This document shows, piece after piece, positions 27,764-38,620 of a stretch of 64,000 nt of DNA. The stretch is taken from assembly GCA_041660305.1 (NCBI GenBank), contig JBAZWO010000001.1, positions 226,268 through 290,267 of the forward strand. The letters are read 5' to 3'. The position numbers and the translations under genes are program-made. The notes below the pieces were generated by a model, which saw only the letters and a list, made by a program, of their open reading frames with translations, searched no databases and was not told the DNA's origin. How positions within the stretch are numbered: the first letter of the stretch is position 1; the number at the start of each line of letters is the position of its first letter. Source of the stretch: Patescibacteria group bacterium. Its GTDB lineage: Bacteria > Patescibacteriota > Patescibacteriia > UBA9570.

Positions 27764-28291
27764 TTAAATTTTATTTAGTTCGGTTTCGGCTCGTTTAGCA
27801 AAATCTATCAGCCTGGCCACTTCTTTTGTCGTTAAACTGCGCGGCTTGGTATCTTTAATACAAAATACTCCAATATTTACACCGTCCTTACTATACAATG
27901 AAGCACCAGCGTAAAAACGGATATACGGTTTGTCTATAACCATGGGGTTGTTTTTAAAACGATCATCTTTTAAGGTGTCCTCAACAAAAAATAAAACTCT
28001 AGACATCATCGCGTGTGCGCAAAAAGAAATTTCACGGGGAGCTTCATTAATATCTAAACCTTGGCAGGATTTATACCATTCTCGCTTATCATCAATGATT
28101 GTGATGGTGGATATTGGAACATTAAGTGCTTTGGTTGCTTCGCGAGTAATAATATCAAATCGTTCTTCTGGCTTGGTATCTAAAATACCAAGTTCCATTA
28201 TTTTTTTAAGTCGTTCTTTTTCGTTTTCTGGAATTGGCGCTGATTGCATACTGTTTGTTTTAATAAATAAATTTGTATTAGTAACTATCAT
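27764..28291 (-). CDS. Stand-alone GAF-domain protein
   Basis: PENEKERLKKIMELGILDTKPEERFD...SFCAHAM...DDRFKNNP...IRFYAGASL matches the common GAF pattern. The true start may be the internal M (MQSAP). Confidence 0.75.
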   Translation of the reverse strand: MIVTNTNLFIKTNSMQSAPIPENEKERLKKIMELGILDTKPEERFDIITREATKALNVPISTITIIDDKREWYKSCQGLDINEAPREISFCAHAMMSRVLFFVEDTLKDDRFKNNPMVIDKPYIRFYAGASLYSKDGVNIGVFCIKDTKPRSLTTKEVARLIDFAKRAETELNKI

Positions 28292-28403
28292 TTCGCTTAA
28301 ACACCTATATTATAGCACATCTCTAGCCAAGCTTTATAATTGACGTAAAAATATTTGCAGTTAATATTAATTTTGTATGCCTAATCATTCTAAAAAAAAT
28401 AAT

Positions 28404-29384
28404 TTAAAATTTTACCGCATTAAAAAAGTAACCAATAATCATAATTCCAATGGTGGTAACCACCACAAAAGCGGTTAATAATTGCCAGTTCATGGCTTTT
28501 TTAAGAATGAGCAAACCCGGAATAGATAACGTAACGGTGCCAGTCATGAACGCTAACGCCGTACCTAATGGCACACCTTTATTTGTCAGCGCTTCTATCA
28601 CTGGAATAACGCTAACAGAGTTGGCATATAGAGGCAACCCCATTACTGTGGCCAGTGGCACTGTCCACCAGTGCTGAACGGCTAAATAGGTTTCTACAAT
28701 ATCTCTGGGCACAAACCCATGAATAATAGCGCCTAAACCAACGCCCAACACCACATACGGAAAAATGCTTTTGGATATATGAAGCGCATCCTGCCACCAA
28801 ATAGCTAATCTTTTTTTCAGCGGTATAGTTTTACCTTTATTTTCTTTCAGCGCTGATTGCTGGGTTTTGAATTGCAAAAAAGCCGGATTCACATGCTTAT
28901 CCATATTTAATTTTTGCATGACCATTCCAGCTAAAACACTAATAATGATGCCTAAAATATTATATGTTAATGTCATTTTAATACCAAAGATAGAAGGAAA
29001 AATAAACAATGAAGCTTCATTTACTAACGGCGAGGCGATTAAAAATGCAAAGGTTACGCCCAAGGGTATGCCGGCACTCACAAAACCAATAAATAATGGA
29101 ATAGAAGAACACGAACAAAACGGAGTAACTACGCCTAATAACGCCGCCAATACATAATCCAAACCATACCACTGACGCTTCGTTAAAATATCTCGCACTT
29201 TTTCAATGGGAAAATAGTAGCGAGTAATGGCCATAATGAAATTAATCACTACCAGTAATAAACCAATTTTGATGACATCGTAAATAAAAAAATTAATGGC
29301 CGCGCCCCAATATTGATTAGTAATATTCAGCCATTGATAGGTAATCAAATCGGCCAAAAGCTGAATGGGTTTAAATATATCCAT
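28404..29384 (-). CDS. ArsP/YraQ-type permease (PF03773-like)
   Basis: Polytopic membrane protein with the characteristic VTPFCSCSSIPLFIGF motif. Confidence 0.7.
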   Translation of the reverse strand: MDIFKPIQLLADLITYQWLNITNQYWGAAINFFIYDVIKIGLLLVVINFIMAITRYYFPIEKVRDILTKRQWYGLDYVLAALLGVVTPFCSCSSIPLFIGFVSAGIPLGVTFAFLIASPLVNEASLFIFPSIFGIKMTLTYNILGIIISVLAGMVMQKLNMDKHVNPAFLQFKTQQSALKENKGKTIPLKKRLAIWWQDALHISKSIFPYVVLGVGLGAIIHGFVPRDIVETYLAVQHWWTVPLATVMGLPLYANSVSVIPVIEALTNKGVPLGTALAFMTGTVTLSIPGLLILKKAMNWQLLTAFVVVTTIGIMIIGYFFNAVKF

Positions 29385-29619
29385 TTAAAGCTTCTTTTAT
29401 TTCTTTAATATTATGACCACCGGTTAATGCTACTTTTCCGTTCACAACCAACGCAGGGGTCGTCAATATTCCCATTTCAATTATTTTAGTAACGTCAGTA
29501 ATATATTCTACTGCCGCATTAATATGTAATTCTTTTGCCGCTGTTTTAGTTGATTCGTACAAACTTTTGCACTTGGCACAACCGGAACCGAACACTTGAA
29601 TGTTTATGTTATTGTTCAT
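29371..29619 (-). CDS. Small thioredoxin-fold protein (redox-active disulfide protein 2 type)
   Basis: 82 aa with GSGCAKCKSL (CxxC) and TPALVVNGKV. It overlaps the permease gene, as is usual for this gene pair. Confidence 0.75.
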   Translation of the reverse strand: MNNNINIQVFGSGCAKCKSLYESTKTAAKELHINAAVEYITDVTKIIEMGILTTPALVVNGKVALTGGHNIKEIKEALNGYI

Positions 29620-29716
29620 AAATAAGTTGAGTACTTAAGGTTGATATGGTTTTAGCTTTTATTTAATTTTAATCTAGTATAGCTCAAAAATACACTAAAA
29701 TAAAGGCTGTAACTAT

Positions 29717-29850
29717 GGTTTCACCCCGTTCAGCTACATAGCCTACTATAATTTTTACCATTGTAAACCTTTTTGTAAACTTAATTGTAAACTGCGTCAC
29801 CAATTTAAAAAACACGCCCTAAGGCAGCGATGAAGGTGCTACTTTAACAA
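29717..29850 (-). pseudogene. Remnant of a Fic locus: 3'-terminal codons fused directly to the Fic upstream region (almost the whole CDS is deleted)
   Basis: 29717-29744 GGTTTCACCCCGTTCAGCTACATAGCCT matches 42627-42654, the Fic C-terminus (24/28 by eye). 29761-29792 carries the same triple TTGTAAAC array as 43653-43684. The downstream CCTAAGGC is also shared. Confidence 0.65.
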
Positions 29851-29962
29851 ACTCATCAAAAATACAATCGGATAAAGCACTTTGGCAATACCATTAAATG
29901 ATACTGGTGTTTTAAATACAACGGGATCTTTTTTATATAAAGCAGTGTCCAATTATAAATTA

Positions 29963-32281
29963 TCACTCTTCCCTTGATTTTAAGCCCTCTACCAGATCTA
30001 ATTTTTCAATTTTATTTCGAGCGTTTAACAACACGATACCAATAATGCTAATAAGTAAAATTAATGAATATAAATAACTACTAAAATAAATATTGTTAAT
30101 CATTTCAAATGAGTCAGTTGAAAATGCATTATTTACGGTAAGTAATACTAAGTTGCCAAATAAAAAACCAAATGGAATAGCAATTGACATTTGCCATAAT
30201 AATTCTTTTGCATACGCTAACAATATTTCTTTAGTGCCATAACCCATAACTTTCAATACCACAAACTCATAATTTCTGGATAGTAAGTTAACACTAGAAA
30301 TAGAATAAAGCACGGCAACACCCAAAACAATGGCGAAAAAAATAAGAATATAAATATATACTTTGAAAACATCCAACATTTTAATGAGATTTTTTTCGTC
30401 TTCCGATTTAGAAATAACTGATAGTACCTCTGGCTGTTTCTCGATATTCGACTTCACTATTTCAGAATTACTATTAATCTTAGCAAACACAGCATTGTAA
30501 TAGATAGTGGGCAGGCGAAATTTCTCTTTAGCAAAGTTAAAAGTTCCTAAAGCATAAAAACCAGTCGTTTGATTGGTAATATCTGAGATAGTAACCGTAG
30601 CATCGATAGTTTTATCGGATGTAGAGATTTGTATAGAATCGCCAACCTCAACATTGAGCATTCTGGCGAAGTAGCGCGGGATAGCAATTCCATTTTTAAT
30701 GTTTGCCGCATTACCAGAAATATTATTAATTTGATGAGTTGAATAAAAATCATCAGATAGAAACAGCGTGATATTTTTACTACTCGTACCATTCTCTATT
30801 TTAACAGGTAAAAGCAGCGTTTTTTTAGATTCCTTAATATTTTGATTATTGAGAAAAGACATCTCTTGAGTATAAGGAGTGTTATCAAGATAAATAGCCA
30901 AATCGTATTGAGCAACTTTTGCATAATAACCAGTAATAATTTCATTAAATGTATCCATAAAACCAAATGAAAATACCGCCAAAGTAATAGTGGCGATCAT
31001 ACCCAACACTGCAGCCCAAAATCTTCCATAGTTGCGTAAAGCTGTCTTCATGGCATAGCGGCTATTGAATGACAATCGACGCCACAAGAAAGTTTTTTGC
31101 ACAAAAATATCTTTACCATTTTTTGGTTTCTCCGCATGCATTGCCTCGGCTGGATTAATAGACAACACTTCTCGAATAGCAAGGCAGTTTGCGCTGACGC
31201 AAACGAACAAAGATACAATTGCCGGAATAAACCAATAATGATAAATAATCTGATAATGAAATTCAGGGACTTCAAACATTTCTTTGAATAAATTTAAAAT
31301 CACAGGACCAATAGAGAAGGAAAGGACAATGCCTAGAATAATGCCAACACCAGCTACAATACACGCATATTTTGTATACATCCAAAAAATATCTCTATCT
31401 TTTAGTCCTAATGCCTTCATAATGCCAATTTGTCTTCGATCGTGCAAAATATTTCTTTTTTGAACGACCAAAATGACAATTCCAGCAATAAAAAAGAATA
31501 CAATAGGGAAAATATAAGAGAAGGTGCTTAATTGCTGTAGATCATCCTTGTAGAAACTATAACTAAGAAAGTCTTCACGCTGAATTTCCTCACTAATTTT
31601 AGTTTGTCCGATAGCTATTTTTATTTTTGAGATAACCGTTTTTTGATCCCGCTTGCCATTAAAAGTAATCAAAATCTCATTAAAATTATCATGTTTTCCA
31701 AAAAAATTTGGTCGTACAACAACCGCTCCAAAATCTTTTGGATCTGCCATTGGCGTAATGATATTCTTAGCTAAGTAGACATATTCCGGTGAAGCTATTA
31801 ACCCAGAAATTTTGAGATCATATTCTTTACTGGCAAGCGTAAACTGAATCTTGTCGCCAGTTTTTAAACTATTAGCCTCAGCATATTTTTTGAGTAACGC
31901 ACATTCATTATCATCATTTGGTAGTTTGCCATCGTAAAGATATGGAATATTTATTTTTGGAGTAAGTGATGGTAGAGAAATGACTCGGAGTGTTACTTCA
32001 TCATTTTTACCATCTGCCACCATGCGGCCGGCTACTTCTTTAATGCCTTCAATTTCTTTAATCTTTTGTATATCCTCTGCTGTAAATGATAGACCATAGA
32101 AAACATAATCAGCCAATGAATAATCAGTATAATATTTTTCCGAAGCGATTTGATAATTTTGAGTAATGGTTTTTAATACGACGTAAAATCCAACAGCTAC
32201 CATAACGATTACAACAACTGACAAAAAAGAACCTAGCTGATTCTTTATTTGGCGATATAAAATTTTATTTGGCGTTTTCAT
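29963..32281 (-). CDS. FtsX/MacB-type ABC transporter permease (two FtsX modules)
   Basis: 772 aa with large extracytoplasmic loops and two 4-TM modules. Adjacent to a MacB/LolD-type ATPase. Confidence 0.8.
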   Translation of the reverse strand: MKTPNKILYRQIKNQLGSFLSVVVIVMVAVGFYVVLKTITQNYQIASEKYYTDYSLADYVFYGLSFTAEDIQKIKEIEGIKEVAGRMVADGKNDEVTLRVISLPSLTPKINIPYLYDGKLPNDDNECALLKKYAEANSLKTGDKIQFTLASKEYDLKISGLIASPEYVYLAKNIITPMADPKDFGAVVVRPNFFGKHDNFNEILITFNGKRDQKTVISKIKIAIGQTKISEEIQREDFLSYSFYKDDLQQLSTFSYIFPIVFFFIAGIVILVVQKRNILHDRRQIGIMKALGLKDRDIFWMYTKYACIVAGVGIILGIVLSFSIGPVILNLFKEMFEVPEFHYQIIYHYWFIPAIVSLFVCVSANCLAIREVLSINPAEAMHAEKPKNGKDIFVQKTFLWRRLSFNSRYAMKTALRNYGRFWAAVLGMIATITLAVFSFGFMDTFNEIITGYYAKVAQYDLAIYLDNTPYTQEMSFLNNQNIKESKKTLLLPVKIENGTSSKNITLFLSDDFYSTHQINNISGNAANIKNGIAIPRYFARMLNVEVGDSIQISTSDKTIDATVTISDITNQTTGFYALGTFNFAKEKFRLPTIYYNAVFAKINSNSEIVKSNIEKQPEVLSVISKSEDEKNLIKMLDVFKVYIYILIFFAIVLGVAVLYSISSVNLLSRNYEFVVLKVMGYGTKEILLAYAKELLWQMSIAIPFGFLFGNLVLLTVNNAFSTDSFEMINNIYFSSYLYSLILLISIIGIVLLNARNKIEKLDLVEGLKSREE

Positions 32282-32282
32282 T

Positions 32283-32987
32283 TTACCATTTTACCTTAGT
32301 AGGCTTTAACGGTTCTTTATTCTTATAAATTTCGACTACTTGGCCACTTTTCATTTTGATTACAAAATCGGCTATTTTAGCAATATCTTGATTATGGGTA
32401 ATAACAATGACTGATGTTATTCCATCTTCATGAATATGGTGTAAAACTTCTAATACATTGATGCCCGTTTTATAATCTAAAGCACCGGTTGGTTCATCAC
32501 AAAGTAATACTTCAGGATTTTTTGCCAGAGCTCGAGCAATCGAAATGCGTTGTTGTTCTCCGCCAGACAGTTCGCTTGGATAATGGTGCAAACGATGATC
32601 TAATTTCACTAACTGCAAAGTTTGTTTTGCTTGAATTTTCGGAAATTTCGCAATTTCTGTTGAAAATTCTACATTTTCTAATGCTGTTAAATTGGGCAGG
32701 AGATTATAAGACTGAAACACGAATCCAATATGTTTCTTCCTGTAATTCGTTAGCTCTTTGCGATTATAATTTGTAATTTTTTTATTTTTAAATAATACTT
32801 CACCAGCAGTCGGCTGATCCATGCCTCCTAATATATTTAACAAAGTACTCTTGCCTGAACCACTAGCACCCAAGATTACTATGAATTGGCCTTGAGGAAT
32901 TTCTAAATTAATATGGTCTAACGCTACCACCTTTGCTTCCTTCTCGCCAAAAATTTTAGTTACATTTTTTATTGTGTATAAAACCAT
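32283..32987 (-). CDS. ABC transporter ATP-binding protein (MacB/LolD type)
   Basis: [31 protein letters not shown]. Confidence 0.9.
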   Translation of the reverse strand: MVLYTIKNVTKIFGEKEAKVVALDHINLEIPQGQFIVILGASGSGKSTLLNILGGMDQPTAGEVLFKNKKITNYNRKELTNYRKKHIGFVFQSYNLLPNLTALENVEFSTEIAKFPKIQAKQTLQLVKLDHRLHHYPSELSGGEQQRISIARALAKNPEVLLCDEPTGALDYKTGINVLEVLHHIHEDGITSVIVITHNQDIAKIADFVIKMKSGQVVEIYKNKEPLKPTKVKW

Positions 32988-33289
32988 TTTTCTATTATAG
33001 CTAACTTAATTTACAATAACAATAGTTAGATCTTCCTCATTTCTATTTTCCCATAAAGAGGATCTTGACTAAAAAAATTTATTACTAATTGCATTATAAT
33101 TTTTCAATTTAACAATTTTAATTTTCCCAAAAATTTTTCTTGGATCAAAAATAACAAACAAAATAATTAGCAAAATTATCATTATAATACTAGCATCAAT
33201 ACCAAACCAGCCACCGGTAATAAAATTGTTACCAATTAAATCAGTATAATAAATTGATTGGGTAGCATGTTCACCATACACTGGCAAAC

Positions 33290-33931
33290 CTAAAAAATAC
33301 CACATTGTAAATTCCAACCAATATGTGCACCAATGACCAACCAAAGATTATGCCATTTCAACATTACTAATGCTAAAATTGCTGCCCAAATAGTATGACT
33401 TAAAATTCCTAAAACATTAAAACCGGCACTTGGTATATGAATAAGACCAAACATGATAGAGGTAGTTAAAAGCGCTGTAATACGACTATAACTTTTTGCA
33501 AAGAGATGTAAAAAATAACCTCGAAAAATAATTTCTTCTACTGTACTTCTGATTAAAGTTGCAACCATAAGAAGAAGCAAAGGCATTGTTGCCCAGGTAT
33601 TTAATTGTATATTTGCCAAACCAAAAAAATACAAAATTAAAGTCACAAAAATAACAATCGCTGTACTGGCAAAAAAACCAATTAAAATATTAAGTGCTAT
33701 TTTTTTGCTAGAAAACCCCATTTGGGAAAGTGGCTCTTTTTCAAATTTTTTCCAAAAAATAACTGCCACTAAAGCACCATAAATAAAACTAAACAAAGCT
33801 ACTTCTGCTGGTACTTGATTGGTTCTTAAAACTAGCCTGGCTATTACAAAAATAATCGGTAAAGATAGAAGCCAAACAATTAAAAATGTAATAATTTTAC
33901 GTATTGGTGTTTTAATAAAAATATGAAACAT
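33290..33931 (-). CDS. CPBP (CAAX-type) intramembrane glutamic protease; probably continues into ORF 33069..33344 through a homopolymer frameshift
   Basis: EEIIFRGY, FGLIH and HIGWN motifs. The stop lies in a T6 run (A6 on the + strand, 33292-33297). One extra T would extend the frame into another TM-rich 85 aa. Confidence 0.75.
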   Translation of the reverse strand: MFHIFIKTPIRKIITFLIVWLLSLPIIFVIARLVLRTNQVPAEVALFSFIYGALVAVIFWKKFEKEPLSQMGFSSKKIALNILIGFFASTAIVIFVTLILYFFGLANIQLNTWATMPLLLLMVATLIRSTVEEIIFRGYFLHLFAKSYSRITALLTTSIMFGLIHIPSAGFNVLGILSHTIWAAILALVMLKWHNLWLVIGAHIGWNLQCGIF

Positions 33932-34025
33932 TTGATAATTATTTTATTTCATCAAAAATTGTATTTACCGACTCAACAACTAACTCTGGTTGGTCTAAAT
34001 GCATTTTTTGAAAAGTTATGTTTGA

Positions 34026-34075
34026 CTGACTACTTACGATGAAATTCGAACTTATTTTACCAACAATTTTAAGAT
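34026..34075. repeat. Copy of the CTGACTACTTACGAYGAAATTCGAAC repeat (P motif)
   Basis: 34026-34051 matches 45805-45831 and 43777-43802. The similarity continues for about 25 nt (CTTATTTTACCAACAATTTTAAG). Confidence 0.7.
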
Positions 34076-34087
34076 TTGAATATGCTA

Positions 34088-35239
34088 CTATTCTCCGACA
34101 ACTATTAGCTTTGGTATTCCCTTAGCCAAATCTGTTTCTGGATTAGTGAGATCGTGAATCGCTGAAACAAGTAAATCAGCGTTATACCGATACTGTTCGC
34201 CGTAGTGCGTGCCAGGATCATGGGTAATAAAATTATCACCATCATAACCTATAATTATGATCATGTGATAATACGGACCGCCGTTTTTATAATGTGGATT
34301 GTTGAGCGCCTTACCCAATACTGGCACTATTACTGGTTTACCGGCATTGAGTAATTGTTTAATGTGAATAACACTCACGTCATCCGACACTACGGCTGGT
34401 ATACCAATATAATCACGCGCCGTGCGAGCCGTAAGTTCGGCCGAAGTATCTTCATCAAAACCATATGCTTGCCTCTCCCAATTTACGATATTAATAATCT
34501 CCTGATCAGCTTGATCGGGCGTTAACACTGTACCGAGATAGTAGTGGCTAAGCATGACTAAAATAGCTTCCTCACAAGCTTCATTATATGGCGCTCCCCA
34601 ATTATTCAATGGCGCTTGAACTGTAAATGGTACGTTAAGCATTACCCGTCCGGCATAATTATAACTATACTCATCCACTAAGCTTTGCTGTTTGGTAAAT
34701 AACTTAACTTCACCATTAACTGCGCCCCAAACATTAACGGCGGTTCTATTATAAAATCGTTTTGTTTGACCGGGTAGCAGTAAAGTATTTTTTTTAATGC
34801 GCAATTGATTATTTCCTCCATCAGTAACCGACCAGCCCCGTAAAGATTGTGGTAATTGACCTAAGTTTTTTATAGTCACAAATTCTTTTGCATCTGGTTT
34901 ATTACTACGCTGGTGTAAAGCAATAATTTCAATATTTGGCTGTATACTAAGAAATTGCTGATTACTGATCCCTATGCCTTGATCAATTATTACTTGCCAG
35001 GCTTCTTCCGGAGTATGACTAGCGTAAGGATTGCCCAGCGCCTGTAAAATAGCTAAGGCATGTTTGGGTCGTCCGAGATAATATCGCCGCTGATCCAATG
35101 GATTAACATACCAGGCCTCACCGTGCGCCTCAACTTGCAGAAAAATATGGCCGGCGGTTTGCGCTCTGGTAGTAATTGGAAACATAGTCACTAGACTAAC
35201 GATAATATATAACCAAACGATATTGTAGTTTTTGTGCAT
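34088..35239 (-). CDS. Secreted protein with a lamin-tail-like domain and a C39-like (Peptidase_C39_2-type) cysteine peptidase domain
   Basis: Signal peptide. LTD-like FVTIKNLGQLPQSLRGWSVTD. C39-like pattern QAPLNNWGAPYNEACEEAILVM...HMIIIIGYDGDNFITHDPG. Confidence 0.6.
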   Translation of the reverse strand: MHKNYNIVWLYIIVSLVTMFPITTRAQTAGHIFLQVEAHGEAWYVNPLDQRRYYLGRPKHALAILQALGNPYASHTPEEAWQVIIDQGIGISNQQFLSIQPNIEIIALHQRSNKPDAKEFVTIKNLGQLPQSLRGWSVTDGGNNQLRIKKNTLLLPGQTKRFYNRTAVNVWGAVNGEVKLFTKQQSLVDEYSYNYAGRVMLNVPFTVQAPLNNWGAPYNEACEEAILVMLSHYYLGTVLTPDQADQEIINIVNWERQAYGFDEDTSAELTARTARDYIGIPAVVSDDVSVIHIKQLLNAGKPVIVPVLGKALNNPHYKNGGPYYHMIIIIGYDGDNFITHDPGTHYGEQYRYNADLLVSAIHDLTNPETDLAKGIPKLIVVGE

Positions 35240-35257
35240 TATTTTTTTACAGATTAT

Positions 35258-35773
35258 TTACTCTATGAGTGAAAAAGTTTGTATAATATCATTCACTTCT
35301 TTTTGAATATTAACATTTTGCTCTGCCATATCAGGATAACCTGCATAATCACCGCTGCCTGAATAATAATAACTATAAGTCGAATTTTCTGTTAAGTATG
35401 TCTGCGGATAGTCTATCACGGCCGAATCAGTCTTATCTTCATTTTTTACGATTTGAATTTGAATATAGCGTGCAGAATCATTTTCTGCCGTTAATCGAAC
35501 AGTTTTGTAGATTTTTGAACCTGATTCTACCTTTTCTTGAACAGCTCCCCAATTAGTAGGAAATACCAAAGAAAATCCATACGTTGAGTTTTTATATTCC
35601 CCCAAACTAGATACTGGCTCTGTCGTACTTTCCTCTGGCGCTGGAGTGGTGGTATTAGTGTTAGTTGGCGCTGTATTCACAGGTAAATTAGTATTTTGCT
35701 CTGTAGTGCATCCAGCTCCAATCAGGGTAACTAATCCTACCAGGCCGGTAATGAGATACGTTTTTTTGTGCAT
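35258..35773 (-). CDS. Lipoprotein, paralog family 1 of 3
   Basis: I prefer the start MHKKTYLITGLVGLVTLIGAGCT at 35773. It shares a near-identical domain with 35790..37250. Confidence 0.7.
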   Translation of the reverse strand: MHKKTYLITGLVGLVTLIGAGCTTEQNTNLPVNTAPTNTNTTTPAPEESTTEPVSSLGEYKNSTYGFSLVFPTNWGAVQEKVESGSKIYKTVRLTAENDSARYIQIQIVKNEDKTDSAVIDYPQTYLTENSTYSYYYSGSGDYAGYPDMAEQNVNIQKEVNDIIQTFSLIE

Positions 35774-35789
35774 AGATATGTTACTTACT

Positions 35790-37250
35790 TTATTGATTCC
35801 TAAATTTATCTGCAAAACTATTAACCAGCGCAGTTAAGTCTTTCCTAGTTTCCTCACTTGTAACTGGATTATAGCTAGCACTAAACCAATACCGGCTACC
35901 AGCTGAAGCACCTTGGATAATATATGCCTCATGACCCTGTGTATTATCACCCCTACTATAATTATATTTCACTGCGTTATAACCATTAATATCCAGTATC
36001 TCATAATCATCATAGTTATTGATATCAGTTCCTTCTACGCCATCTGCTGGAAAATAGATCTTTTCAGCATAAGTTTTGGCCCAAGCCACTAGATCACTTT
36101 TATCCTCAGAAGCTTTATATTCAGTGATACTAATTCCAGTAGTACTCGTAGCGGCTTTAGGATCGCTAGATTCAATCGATAACATAACTGCCTCTAGTGT
36201 GTCCACGCCTTCTAATTCTACATTATCCATTGCATCATTTAAACTATATTTCCCCGGATACTCAATGATAAAATTATCACTATCATAAGTGATTAAACCA
36301 GTATTCAATTTTAAGCTTGGTTCAACCACTTTTTTCACTTCGTCACAGCCAATAGGTTGTTTGGAGCCATCAGCACGTCCGCTGCCACATGAACTTTCAA
36401 ACAGAAGCCAATCTTTATTAAGCATTTTTGGATAGTTGCCTTCACCTGCCGCACATATATCAAAGTCTCTCTTGAATTGGTCAGCAGAAGTGTAACCAGC
36501 TTTGTTGGGTAATAGAGTAACCACAAAAGTGTCAGCTTTTTGGATTGCGTCTAAGTACTGAAAACTGTAGATTATTTTTGTTGTACCGCTAAATTTTGCA
36601 ACCAATTCATCGAAGTATAGGAGGGCGATACCGGCTTCTTGTTCGGTCCCGCATTCATCTGCGTTGGCTTTTAACTGCTCGGCAGTATAATCAAATGGGG
36701 CTGTCGTTTTTGAAACTGACGCATTAACGCCAGTAGTTGAATAAGACAGGGGTTCAGTTGATTCGTCTGTCAGAGAAAATGTTTTGCTGATTTCCTTTAC
36801 TTCTTTTTGAATATCAAAATATTTTTGTTCTTCCATATCAGGATAACCAGCATAATCACCGCTGCCTGAATAATAATAACTATAAGTCGAATTTTCTGTT
36901 AAGTATGTTTGCGGATAATCTATTACAGCCGGATCAGTCTTATCTTCACTTTTTACGACCTGAATTTTAATAAATCGAGCCGAGTCGTCTTCTGCTGATA
37001 ATTGAATAGAAGCGTTGATTTTTCCACCATTTTCTTGTCTTTCTTTTATTGTTCCCCAACTTTCAGGAAATACCAAAGAGAATCCATACGCTGAGTTTTT
37101 ATATTTGTATTGATTTGTTTCAGAAACTGATGTGTCTGCTCCTGTTTCTGTGGCAAGGCTGGTGTTGGTAGTTTGTTCTGTAGTGCATCCGGCTCCAAGC
37201 AGGATAAATAATCCTACCAGGCCGGTGATGAGATACGTTTTTTTGTTCAT
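35790..37250 (-). CDS. Lipoprotein, paralog family 2 of 3
   Basis: MNKKTYLITGLVGLFILLGAGCT. Nucleotides 36834-36957 match 35327-35450 with about 7 mismatches in 124 nt. Confidence 0.7.
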   Translation of the reverse strand: MNKKTYLITGLVGLFILLGAGCTTEQTTNTSLATETGADTSVSETNQYKYKNSAYGFSLVFPESWGTIKERQENGGKINASIQLSAEDDSARFIKIQVVKSEDKTDPAVIDYPQTYLTENSTYSYYYSGSGDYAGYPDMEEQKYFDIQKEVKEISKTFSLTDESTEPLSYSTTGVNASVSKTTAPFDYTAEQLKANADECGTEQEAGIALLYFDELVAKFSGTTKIIYSFQYLDAIQKADTFVVTLLPNKAGYTSADQFKRDFDICAAGEGNYPKMLNKDWLLFESSCGSGRADGSKQPIGCDEVKKVVEPSLKLNTGLITYDSDNFIIEYPGKYSLNDAMDNVELEGVDTLEAVMLSIESSDPKAATSTTGISITEYKASEDKSDLVAWAKTYAEKIYFPADGVEGTDINNYDDYEILDINGYNAVKYNYSRGDNTQGHEAYIIQGASAGSRYWFSASYNPVTSEETRKDLTALVNSFADKFRNQ

Positions 37251-37303
37251 AGATGTATTTAGTTTAATTGTCTTATTGTAGAGTCTGCTTAATTGTTGAT
37301 TGA

Positions 37304-38620
37304 CTATTCTGCTATAGAATGTGAGTATTCTATGCCATACATCATATCATTCAACAAGTCTGTTTTTGATCGAAACGATTGTTCGTCAGTATCATTTACA
37401 ATTATCGTAAGATAATACTGTCGTGGTTCAGTATCACCAAGCATAGTATCTTTAAAAGGAATAATATAATGACTAAAATAGCGTGTAGTGGATGTGCCAT
37501 CTACTGTTGTATGTTCTATTTCACCTTCATACTTCATTGCTGGCATGCCATCTACACTCACAGATTGAACACTAAATTGATTCTCTTTGAGCGAGGTATC
37601 ATTCGGAGAAGTATACGGCCAATATGGATTATCTAATGCGGATTTATTGTAACCTTCTTTGTTCATAAAATTAATACACGAAAAGCACGGAGGTGCTATT
37701 TCTCCTCCCCGGTCTGCTGTGTAAGCATAATCTTTTGAATAGATTGTAAAACTGGGTGTACGTGGTTCCGCAGTAGCAAATTCTATATCATATGCCTCTC
37801 CGGTTATTTGTGCCTGTTCATCGTCATATAAATCTTCATGTTTTTTGTGTAAAGATATAGCACCCCATTTTCCATCTGCGCAGAGTGTAAACGGAACACC
37901 GGGTATTCCTATACGTCGGAGATTAGTACTGGCTGCTGAACAGGGAGTTTCTGGATCACGTTGAGCGGTTAGTTTTGCAGCAGCAACCAGGGAATGATCG
38001 ACTGTATTCTCTCTGTTCATTCGTTCAATAACGATATAACCGGTTTTCTGATTTCCCACAAATGGCATTTCTTTTGGAGCAGTAATATAGTCAAACTCCT
38101 TTTGGCGAAAATAATCCTGTAAATCTCCAATAATTGGACTAATATACACATACTCTTGATTCAACGCATCATTGGCTCTTAGAATACCAAGAGTATACAC
38201 CTCATTTTCTTTCAAAGTAGGTAAAGCGTCCAGAATCGAGCTTGGAAAGTACAGTGAATGCGTATACCCTGTTCGCATATTGCGTTCATAATCATCAATC
38301 ATAAAATGGTAATCATATGCATTCAAAGTACCGATATTTTTTTCAGAAACGAGTAATACCATGTCGCCGACATGGGTTGGAGATTCACTTTCTATAGCAC
38401 CTTTCTTACTCGGACTAAGCTGCTCAGGATAGGTTGGCTGAATAGGAGGATCCACTTTTACTGCTTGCGCCATAATAGTACCGACCTCTGTAGAGAAAGA
38501 TATTTCATTCTGGGGGGAGTTAGTTTGTGATGTGGTTGTCTGTTCTGATTTAGTGCATCCGGCTCCAAGCAGGCTAACTAATCCTACCAGGCCGGTGATG
38601 AGATACGTTTTTTTGTTCAT
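37304..38620 (-). CDS. Lipoprotein, paralog family 3 of 3
   Basis: MNKKTYLITGLVGLVSLLGAGCT. The 5' end and leader (38563-38640) are nearly identical to 37183-37262. Confidence 0.7.
   Translation of the reverse strand: MNKKTYLITGLVGLVSLLGAGCTKSEQTTTSQTNSPQNEISFSTEVGTIMAQAVKVDPPIQPTYPEQLSPSKKGAIESESPTHVGDMVLLVSEKNIGTLNAYDYHFMIDDYERNMRTGYTHSLYFPSSILDALPTLKENEVYTLGILRANDALNQEYVYISPIIGDLQDYFRQKEFDYITAPKEMPFVGNQKTGYIVIERMNRENTVDHSLVAAAKLTAQRDPETPCSAASTNLRRIGIPGVPFTLCADGKWGAISLHKKHEDLYDDEQAQITGEAYDIEFATAEPRTPSFTIYSKDYAYTADRGGEIAPPCFSCINFMNKEGYNKSALDNPYWPYTSPNDTSLKENQFSVQSVSVDGMPAMKYEGEIEHTTVDGTSTTRYFSHYIIPFKDTMLGDTEPRQYYLTIIVNDTDEQSFRSKTDLLNDMMYGIEYSHSIAE

Noticed and set aside
27705-27770. Small + strand ORF MLKFEKCPQCDSNEVYINVLY (zinc-ribbon-like CPxC)
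   Set aside because: It is only 21 codons, has half a zinc-ribbon motif and no SD, and overlaps the 3' end of the GAF gene.
34026-34051. The P motif (CTGACTACTTACGAYGAAATTCGAAC; also 43778-43802 and 45807-45831) as a truncated tRNA 3' half
   Set aside because: It contains a TTCGAA T-loop-like core, but no complementary T-stem or acceptor pairing can be drawn. It does not align convincingly with the tRNA-Gln 3' end.
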